Shown here: in pieces, positions 1 to 9,496 of the stretch
How the letters are laid out: each line of letters opens with the position of its first letter
Numbering within the stretch: position 1 is the stretch's first letter
NCBI GenBank assembly: GCA_027923505.1
Contig: BROI01000018.1
Location: 124,001 to 188,000 of the forward strand
From: Mayamaea pseudoterrestris
Taxonomy: Eukaryota
Length of the DNA stretch: 64,000 nt
Direction: 5' to 3'
Notes under the pieces: model-generated
What the model saw: only the letters and a program-made list of their open reading frames with translations
Database searches by the model: none
Told to the model about the DNA's origin: nothing
Position numbers and translations under genes: made by a program

Positions 1-2956
1 TTCGGCCGGCATCATTTCCGTCTTGTTCAGAGCCAGCTTCTGATGCCCTGCCGTTGCAAGAATTGCCTGGACACCAACTCCCCAACCAGTCTCGGTACAT
101 CCTTCATTGTCATAACAGCTGTCGGACAACGAATGATACATCATCTTCGCCCATTCAGCGCCGTCACGCGCCTCTGAAATAGCTGTGATAGGCATGAGCT
201 GAATTCCATATGCAAGGTACGGAGCGCTTCCAAACCATGTTTGGAACTGTGTCATCGTTTGCCAAAGCATACCGACAGCAAATTCCACGTAGTTCTGGGG
301 ATAGATCTTGATATTGTCGTTTCCTCCTCTAATGATATGCCAATACATTTTGGTCGATCGAAGCTCGGTCGCAGTCGCGACCAAGCCAGCCGCATACACT
401 TCACGCGCGGCGCTCGTCAGCTTTGAATCATGGGCCTCTTCCCCGACAGCAATCATGACTTTACCGTAGAGGGCGACGCCTTCGTACGCAGCAACAGCCT
501 CGCTAGATGACTCTTGATTCTTGCCGTTCAGGTAGAGCATAGCAATACCACTCGCCCATGAATTGCCTTGATACCAGTCCTTTTGTCGCCAGCTTGGGAA
601 AAAATCGTCATCATCCGACGGATTGGCAATGTCTCGGATAAGAAGGAGAACATCCTCGAAGTGCTCACGTGCCCAATCATGGTCGAAATGCGAAAGGATC
701 GCGGCAGCATAAATCATGTACCCGTAATGAAAATGATGATCGTTGTAGAAGCCTGCGAAGGTGTGCCAAATCGATGAGACAGATCTGTCGCATACAAAAT
801 GTATCGCGCAATAATAAACTTACCGTTACCAAAATCAAGACCAGGATCCGTAAATGTCGGACAGTTGGGAAAGCGATTTCTACAGTCTCTGGTTGATTCG
901 TCAAAGTCACAGCCGCAACTCACGAGGCCACCCCACTCCGAATCATACACAAAGGGTGTGATGGCACTTCCATTGACCCAAATTTCCACTGCGCTACGTA
1001 GCTCAGACACAGCATTGTCCATGTCCTTCGATGATGGCAGCGAAATGCGGTTGCAAACGTCTGAATAAAGAGCATTTTTCCCGTTGCATATCTCGATTGT
1101 TTCTTCGGCTATTGCGAGAATGCGCCCAAGCTTGGCAAGGCGCTTGCCTGAAAAGTACGTGTCGCCGGCACCCTTTTTGTAGTACTTGGGAAGTGTGAAT
1201 TGAATGTCATCCTTTAAACTGTCCGCCAAGGACTCCATCGCCCAAGGCGCCGGTGGTCGAATGGCTCGCATGCCAATATCAGGTACATCTTCGTCGATTT
1301 CCCATTTCGCCCCACGAGTGAGACAGGCAGGCCCAATCATTGAATGCACGCAATAAATTTGAGAGTCAAATTTCGGCATGGTTTCGAACAAGTCGTAATG
1401 ATGGGGCAAGGCGAACGTAATAAGCTGACTGTTACTCACATCAGCGTCATCATGATCCGGCGACATGCGCTGCACATCCCAGTCAAATGTCAAGGCAATC
1501 TTGTCCTTGCTTTCGTCCACGGCGTAGCTAAATTTGGCGTCAGGTCCAGGATAGTAGTTGGAATGGTTTCGGAGAATGTCGCCATACAACCCTTGGCCGA
1601 GCATGAGAGCGCTCGGGTGCATCAATTCCTGATGACAGTAAATAGGGTTGCCGCCGGTACTGCAGGACTTGAGCCACGCGACACGCACCACAAGTGGCTT
1701 TGTCTTGAAATCATCACGTGCGTCGACCGTTCCCACCACCTGCAAGCTGAACCCAGATTCCTTACTGGAGACGCACCGAACATTGACAGGCTCTGAAAAG
1801 AAAGCCAACCATGAAAAGTCGCTCTCCGAAATAAGCATTTCGACTTCTCTTTCTACACGAAACGTTTTTGAATCGTCGCACTTGATTTTGTGTTGATCAA
1901 CAATGGGATCGGCGGCCAGAGACTTGATCGAGTTGATGGTGGGACGAATGTGCTTGCCGTCCTTAGTCTTGGCTTCAATGGCATCATATACCATGGTAAC
2001 GTAAGGCATTCCCTTGGCGATTGATGCATGCATCGGAAAGTCGTTCTGTACCGGTGAAAGAGTGTAAATAAATTAGCAAATCAGTATATGCGCCACGGAG
2101 ACACGCAGCATTATATAATACGTACCCATTCCAGTGTCACGCTCAAGCTCGACATGTTTCGAACAAAGTATTGGTTGGAAAGAATCTTTTCAATTTCACT
2201 GTCGCTACCGTCACTATTCTTGTCGCTGTGTGAGCTGCTCTTGTTACGCTTTTCGCCATGATGATCAACTCCAGCGCCAAGAACCATGCCGTATTCATCC
2301 ATGGAGTAAATCTGCACAATGGATGTTGACGCAGCAATGTGATTTGCAAAAAACTGAAGGCCAGGAATGGCTCCTGCCATGTCAATCAAGTAGGGAATCG
2401 AATATACGCGGTTGAGACCTGATGGTTCGCCGTCGGAGGTCATGAGTAAGTTTTGGTACCACGAGTTGGTGGGAAAAACTCGAGATTTGCCAGAGTGCTT
2501 CTCGTCGTGAAAGAGAAACTTGGGCGGGCGAGAATCTTTGGGACGCTTGAAGGCAGCGAGACCAAGATCGTGCACAGGATCCTTATTTGAAAGCGGGATG
2601 GCTCCAGTCGACACGTGGTGAAAGGTTTGCGGAATGAGCGAGTGCTTTGGTGGGACATCCGATCCTTCGTCTTGTTGCTTGTCGCTTCTTGCATATCCAA
2701 TGGCTCCGATGAGCGTAGCAAAGATAAGCACTGCCACAACGGCACGTCGGCACTTTTTCGTCGTCTTGCCGCCTTGACTTTCGTCAGCCCACCATGCACC
2801 GTTTCCTTGGCTCTGCTGAGGTCGAGCAGCCGAATTTTGAAAGGAAGTTCCGTTGGATCCGAGACCAGGCTCAGTGTCGGCGAGCAAACTCTTCGTTGAG
2901 ACCTCATCGGTGAGATTTGGCGATGGCAGAAGGAGCCGACTCGTTTCGGACGGCAT
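1..2956 (-). CDS. Glycoside hydrolase family 81 endo-1,3-beta-glucanase, type II membrane-anchored; 3 exons (2956-2126, 2045-824, 752-<1), runs off the window
   Basis: GT-AG introns 2125-2046 and 823-753 join the ORFs in frame. Motifs FPTNSWYQN, GDTYFSGK, DFGNGFYNDHHFHYGY and NGKNQESSSEA are typical of GH81. N-terminal TM segment AVVAVLIFATLIGAIGY. Confidence 0.92.
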
Positions 2957-3646
2957 GACTTGCTGTTGTTGTCGGAGAAGTATACCCACTGATTGACGTC
3001 TTCTCGCTCGGAGACCTGCTTGACGAGAAATTCAAGTTAATTTCTCAAATAATGGCGCAGCAATGCCGATCAATAATATTTGGGTGGTCTTGGTGCAAAG
3101 ATGCGAATGGAATCGACGACGAAATGCGATATCATGGATGATGTCTTTCAAGAAACGGCAGGTGGCCGAGCGCGCCGGCCTGGTTGACTGACGCACTTTG
3201 GTTTCCCCGAATTACGTGTGTGCCACGTGGCAGATTCAGGAGCAACTGCGACGTCTTCCGTCAAGCAGCTTTAGCTATCCATTGCAGATGACAATTAAGA
3301 AAGACTGTCGTCAGTTAGTTGTATCAAGCTACATACACACAAGCCCAAACAATAAGCGAAGCATGTTCCAGCTAATGGCAAGCCTGCTACGTTACCTACC
3401 GATAGACCACCAAGGATGAGTGAATAACAAAGAATCGTTAACTTTGTAGATGTAGCAGACTCCTTCATTGTGTCGATACCAAAAGGGAATATTGATTTAT
3501 GTCTATGTGTGTTGTAGCGTATTTTTTATAATATGCAATGTTGGACATTACTAGGCGCAAATAAGAACCGAAAAGGTAGCAAATGAACATGCGAACAGCC
3601 TGTCGAAGCACGAGGACGAGGCATCGAAGGGCTCGAAAACACAACA

Positions 3647-4147
3647 TCAATCCGTCGAGACGAAACGCAACATTTCCTCCTCAAGTAACTGGCGGTCCCA
3701 GTCTCGATGAGAGTCCATGAATGCAGCCCTTTCAAGGGCATTCGGCGCAGAAGTTTCATTGACAATCTCTGGTCGAAAGGATGCATTGTAGTAGGACTCA
3801 TTGCTGTTTGGTATGGTCTCTTGCATGAAATCTTCCGTAGTTCGATTATTCATGCCAATGGATCCATCTTCGTTAAAGGTGGAGGCCGCATGATGATTCA
3901 TGGATCCAATCTGTCCCGGATATACAAAGCGATATCCATATCGACATGGATCGTCGCGCGGGTCCTCCGGTTCGACGAAATGGTCGGACGGGTACAAGGC
4001 TTCCTGAAGACTCGACAAGGGTCGGTGCAAGGCCGCGTCTCCAACGTGCGAGGAAGACGACCAGTGCATGGAGCTAAAGGTGCGAGCGGTCGCGGAGCTG
4101 CACCTAGAAATCTTGGAGAGGAGCGCCTTGGAAGCGTGGGCAATCAT
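3647..4147 (-). CDS. Hypothetical protein, possible mitochondrial presequence
   Basis: Open frame from ATG 4147 (MIAHASKALLSKISRCSSATARTFSS), Ser/Arg-rich acid-free N-terminus; no family recognised. Confidence 0.5.
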   Translation of the reverse strand: MIAHASKALLSKISRCSSATARTFSSMHWSSSSHVGDAALHRPLSSLQEALYPSDHFVEPEDPRDDPCRYGYRFVYPGQIGSMNHHAASTFNEDGSIGMNNRTTEDFMQETIPNSNESYYNASFRPEIVNETSAPNALERAAFMDSHRDWDRQLLEEEMLRFVSTD

Positions 4148-5321
4148 TCTTTCAAACTTGTTTGGATGGCGGCGAGTTGTATTGGTAGTGCAAGTTGTGA
4201 TTGTCGTTGTGGGCTTTGTGTGAGCAAGAGAGATAACGATGATGTCAAAGAGAGATTGCAAATAGGTTGATATCGTATGGCCTTGATCAGTGGTGTCGGG
4301 GCTGTCTCGTTGAGAGAAGTGAGGCTTCACTTGCCTGTCAGCAGCAATGATGATGCAACAGCCTCGGCGCGGTGGGAGCGGTGCTTGATGGCGTGTGGAG
4401 TGGAATGGAAGACTAACAAATATCGGTCCATGCGAGCGCAGTAGAGCACTTGAAAACAATGTGCGAACGTTCGTGCTCAACTTCACAGATGCTTTTGTTT
4501 ATTTACCAAATGACCCAATTACGTCAGACTATGGTCGACTCCTTTCCTGGTGGCGCAATGGTAGCGCGTGACACTCCTAATGTCAAGGTTGCAAGTTCGA
4601 GTCCTGCTCAGGAAATATTTTTACTTTATCTACCGGTAGTATGATTCAAAAAGCATGAAGTCATCCTCGAGTATAAGGAAAAGAGCGTGCATGCCCTGTT
4701 GTGCGCAATCTATGTTGCGCACGTCAAGGTTTACTACATGGCCAACATGTTTAAAATTGTCAAAGCAAGCTGCGCCAAGTGCCTACCGTAGATATTGCCC
4801 CTGATTACTTGGATGCGCACAATGCGCGTGGCCGGTACTTTGGCGCGGCCAAAGCCTTTTATACTGTCATTACAAAGAATACGAAGCGGCTCTTTCCAAA
4901 TGTGATTACTGGCTTGCCTCGAGTCCTGGCGTCAAAGGAGGATGCTAATGAAGCTAGGTGGGGCGGAGTTGTTCCTGTCCCAAAAATGTTTCTTTCGACG
5001 CTCGATTGACAGGCTAAGGTTTGGATTGCGAACGACCTTGCCGGACTCTTCTGATTCTGAGTCGGGCTCTAATGCGAGTGTTGAGTTGTAGATTGATGGG
5101 GCACACTGGTCGCAGTGTGGCAGCATCAGTAAGTGTATGTCACTACATGCTGTTTGTGCTTGCAGGCAGAATGTAAATCCATACACTGGAATAATGAGAT
5201 TGTTAACTAGCGCTTTAATACAAAAACAACCAACTCCGTTACGTTCTATACTCGCCACGCTAGCGTCCTATCCTTTTTCGCGAGAAAAGGATGCATGGCT
5301 GCAACGCTCAATCACCCGACT

Positions 5322-5379
5322 GGCTTATCAGTTTTCGTTGATGCATTCATTTAATGCACCATCTAAACGTCATTCAGCC
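5322..5379 (-). promoter_or_regulatory. SECIS-like element (non-canonical spacing) in the 3' region of the 5555-5953 gene
   Basis: Minus strand GGCT-ga-ATGAC-GTTT-aga-TGGTGCATT-aaatg-AATGCATCA-acga-AAAC-TGAT-a-AGCC: helix I, ATGA/TGA core (5373-5370 / 5330-5328), helix II, apical AA 17 nt after ATGA. Confidence 0.5.
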
Positions 5380-5469
5380 GTGAGTTTCAATTGATTATCA
5401 ACAAGCACGATCCTTTCCTTTTATTCCCAATTCGAACACCACAATGCATCTAACAGGCATCATAGTGAA

Positions 5470-5542
5470 GGACCTGCTGGATCAATCCGGATCGCTTCAA
5501 CGCCAGCAGCGCATCATCGGAGGTGCATGATCCAGCAGGCCC
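5470..5542 (-). other. Long RNA hairpin just downstream of the TAG TAG stop of the 5555-5953 gene
   Basis: GGGCCTGCTGGATCA...TGATCCAGCAGGTCC: 12 consecutive Watson-Crick pairs, extended to 15 through a G-U that works only on the minus strand; inner TCCG/CGGA and CGCT/AGCG pairs. Confidence 0.65.
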
Positions 5543-5554
5543 AGCCTAGGCCTA

Positions 5555-5953
5555 CTAGAGACCAGAGACTGGGCAATTGGTCTGCCCGGCTCATCCAAAG
5601 CAGAATCCGCCTGTGCAAGAAGAGGAGAGAATGGATGATGGATGAGTATGCGTGCGGTGTGCGTTGTCGATGATCTCGGCGTGCGCGGTTCTGTTATTTG
5701 CGCTACCATTCGAGAGGTCGACACCACAACCTGTCCATCAACAGTAATTCGTGCAGGTTTTCACAATTCTTTGCTGTGACTTACACTTGCGCGCAGGATT
5801 GATGTTGGGGTCTGAAACGACGCTCGGGTTGTCGAGGCCCGTCATGCTCGCAGACTTGATTTCACTCATGCCCATTTGCACAGGACGAGCAGGGTTGAGA
5901 AAAGCGACGGCAGCACCGATGATAACGGCAGAGGTAAGGGCAAAGAGCTTCAT
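5555..5953 (-). CDS. Small plastid-targeted Cys-rich protein, candidate selenoprotein (in-frame TGA 5593-5591); exons 5953-5785 and 5610-5555
   Basis: Signal peptide MKLFALTSAVIIGAAVA-F; intron GTAAGT(5784)...CTTGCACAG(5611). Spliced C-terminus NPARKCGFCFG-TGA-AGQTNCPVSGL-TAG-TAG. If the TGA is a true stop the CDS ends at 5591. Confidence 0.7.
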
Positions 5954-6392
5954 GGTGGATTTCTTTCGAGAAGGCACGAAAGTATTATGATGGTGATGAT
6001 CGCGCAAGTAGTGGTGGATGGAAGGTCATCATCGATTCCAATTTGTCGCTGGTCGCACCGCGACAACACTCCTTTCGCCCACCTTAGCTATCCGCTTGCA
6101 AGCTGAACAGTGTCAAACGCATCATATCAGTACTTGTATAAGAAGTATGAAAATACGCGCAGTCAAGTCCAATCGCTATAATAAGACAATTTCAGCACAT
6201 AGAACGCAAACAAGACCTACTACTTAAATAGGGCATGCTACCCAATCGCCATGATCCATGTTTCCAAAGATAAGTACATGCATCCAGAGGTTTTTCCAAC
6301 CAGGTCCTGTATTACCTACTAGCATCTTAGAGTCCAGACACTGGGAAACTGGTTCCGCCAGAGCTCCTCAACAATGAAGACGTACTTGCTCA

Positions 6393-9068
6393 CTAATCGA
6401 GGCCGTACAGTAGCATGTAAGCGAGCTCCTGCTTGCTTTCCGACGAAACAATTCTATCTAACGAGGTCATCGCAGTCGATGTGTCGTCAAATCCAACCCA
6501 GACGGGAGTTGCAGCTGTTGAAGGGACGCCATCGGTTGCAGGGGTTCCCTCAGGGATGACGCGTAGCGCATCGGCTGAATAATGGCCCGACTCTGCACGA
6601 GGACCGTGATGGTATACTATGCTTTTGAGTGAGTACACCTTCGAGGCACTTGCCCAGTCCACATGTGGTGCCCAAAAAAAGTCCAAGTCGAGCTTTTCAG
6701 AGAGCGAGACTGGATCTTTTTTCTTCTTTAGCACATACTCGATTCGCGGTGGCTTCGGACTGTTGTTTTCTGTGTTTTCGTCCGTGACGGGCTCGGTAAT
6801 CTTGTTCTCCGACCAGATGAATCGCTTAAGGTGAAGAATGAGAAATTGCGGTCTGTTTCGCAGAATATGAGTCAGGGATTAGAATGTCTACAACATCTCT
6901 CGGCTTGCGCTAGTCAGCAGCAAAACTTACCTGGAAATGACGCGCATTGTTTGCAAAGCATGCGTACCGTCCGTACAACGCTCACACTTGATTTCGCGAA
7001 CTTCCGCCTGAAAAAACTTCACCAAACCAGCCGCAACGGATGCTTTTTTGCTGTCAGCATTGTCGGTAGTTTCTTCTGAGCAGACGTCAATTGAGACGTG
7101 GCGGTAAAACTCTTCTTTTGACCTGCCAAACGAAGTGTACAAGATGAGGATCGAAGTGTTACGCATAAGCACCCGTGTATGTGCGTGGACTCACCTAGTA
7201 TAGTTGCATGAGTTGCACTTTAAACTAACCTCAACCGTCATTCGAAACTTATCCGTAGGAAGCAAGACCTCGGCAGAGTCGATGGTAGACGACTTTGGAT
7301 CATCGGTTGCGGCTATCGGCGCTGCCATTCCATCGAGCGCAGCAGAGTCCACATGAGATTCCTTTGCCTTTCCCGCCAAGACTTCCTTTTCCAGTTCTTC
7401 ATGCATGCTCTCGACGAGATCACTGATAAACTCGTGAGCGTCTCGTTGCAAATTGCCGGCAAACTTATCAGTAAGCTTGTCGATTTCAGCTTTGACGCCA
7501 TCGAGACGGACGGACTTGTTATCAGTTGTATCAGCTACTCGTTCAGCAAGTTGAACAACCTGTTGAGTGAGTGGGCCACCTCTGTTGCGTAGCTGCGCCA
7601 AGAGTGCATGTGCGGTGAAAAGCATTTGCAGCGACGCAGCCATATAACAAGTGTTACCAAGGTTATACATGCCTCGAAACTTAAAGATTGGCTTTTCCTT
7701 GACCAATTCATCATCCTTGACGGTATCATTAGTATTTTCAACATTGGTATTGGATCGAAATTGCAGCCGCGAGCGCTCAAAGCTATCTGATCGAAAGCGC
7801 TTGTACTCCTTGCCGCCGTGCGAAAGTCTTCGACCCCGCTCCGTACTCGGTCCAAATGAACAAAAACTGGCCCGTTTAGAACATGAAAGAAGTGGCTTTG
7901 TGGGACTACTCACAATGTCATCTTTTGTAATGGCCGAAAAAGGTGACTTCGTGCCGAAAAGAGCCATGGCCGCCTTCTCGGATGACGACGTTCGAGTCGG
8001 ACTAGTGTGGAGCCACTTATCGGATCGCTGGAGCTCATTTTTTCGCAAAGATTGCTTGATGATCTGAGCTGATCGTGGTGTAGTTGCATAGCGTGTAGGT
8101 GATGGCGACGGTGTGTCAATTTGAGTCGATGTGCTGTTGCGTTCAAGTAGTGCTCTTGGTGAAGGTTTCGACGGCGTCGAAGAAGCTGGTTTGGCAAGGA
8201 AGTATGATGTCAGTGTTCCCTTTTCGTTCTTCGGTAAAGTTTTAGTTCCAGGAGTGACGCTCCGATCCGGTCTACTTGGAGTGGTCAGGTGACTTTGAAA
8301 CAAGAAATCCTCATCGTCGGATTCGGCGTCGCTTTGAATCTTGCTTGTGATTCGGTGCTTGCGTTTCGTGACCACGTTTGTCCGACTCAGCGTCGGTGGA
8401 CGGCTTACCTCCTCGTCCGAATCTTCCCCCAAGAGATCACCGAGTTCAAATTCTTGTTGATCGTCAATGGTAGGAGACGTGTGATGCAACGATGACTCCT
8501 GCTGTTGCTGAGGCCTACTTTGAAGGCTTTCGTCATCTGAAAAGTCGAGTTTGAGATCCAACTGTTGTTGCTGTTTTTTCTTTGTGTAAATTGAATTGTC
8601 TAATCGATCCGGAAATATTCTTTTTGCCAGCTCGCTCTTCGCCGTGTTGCTGCCCATTGCATTCGGTCGCGCACCTCTTCCAAATGCTACTCGTGGACGG
8701 GCGGGTTGATGCTTTCTGCGAGCACCCAATGCCTTGCCACTCGATTGCTCGAGAAATGACTCGGCTTGCGGATTCTTCTTCCTGTACAAGTACGACAATT
8801 TTTCTGCGAAGGCGGCAAACGAAACGGCATCTGCTGGTCCGCTCATGACGTAAATCTCATCCTTTTTCGCATGCTGGATGCGAATGGATTCCGCATCTTG
8901 GTCAATGATCAACTCTGCAATGTCCTTTGGTTTGACTTCATACTTTCCTCCCCCAAAGTAAAGTCTATTTTCTTCAATTGTTGCTTTTGATGCACCGAAA
9001 TGCTTGGATTGGAGGCGAACATGCAGCTCAAAGTTGTCAAAGTCGCAGGCAATGTCTCGCTTCTTCAT
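6393..9068 (-). CDS. Ubiquitin-specific protease (peptidase C19); 3 exons (9068-7195, 7122-6931, 6852-6393)
   Basis: Cys box GMYNLGNTCYMAASLQ, QRDAHEF, ILHLKRF, His box VYHHGPRAESGHY, WVGFDD; introns restore the frame. Confidence 0.92.
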
Positions 9069-9496
9069 GCTGTTCGGAATCCGATAGCGCAACAGAAAAT
9101 GGAGTGGAATAGCTAAATACCTTCAGAGGCTGCCTGACTCTCCATATGTTGATGCAGCCAGTATCTACCGGCTGCTTTGACTTGTAGCTTCTGATCTCGC
9201 CCCTCGCCCGCTGTCTTCCTCTTGGTTGTGTGTTTGGCGCGCCATGATTTGAACGGAAAGACGGAACCGATATGACGTCATGATGAGTGTCGCGGTGTGA
9301 CAGGTCAAAGTCTGGCACATGGCGTCATGGGGCATATTTATTGCAGTCACGAGGCACCCGTTGCGCATATCATGATCATCGCCAAAAGCAGTTTCGAACC
9401 TGTCTGCACCTCTCTCAACGTCCTAAGTTCATTCGTCTACAGCACCGGTAGGTTCGTCCATCATAGAGGGAACTCTACATAGCGATAGCAAAAGTC

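Noticed and set aside
4148..4486. Upstream extensions of ORF-track calls (also 13973-14443, 47640-47717, 62257-62324)
   Set aside because: They start at non-ATG codons or run through UTR/intron; eukaryotic ATG starts and splice sites fit better.
5731..5784. Shorter 54-nt intron for the micro-protein gene (also in frame)
   Set aside because: Weak pyrimidine tract, shorter than other introns here, and it would break the CxxC; the TGA stays in frame either way.
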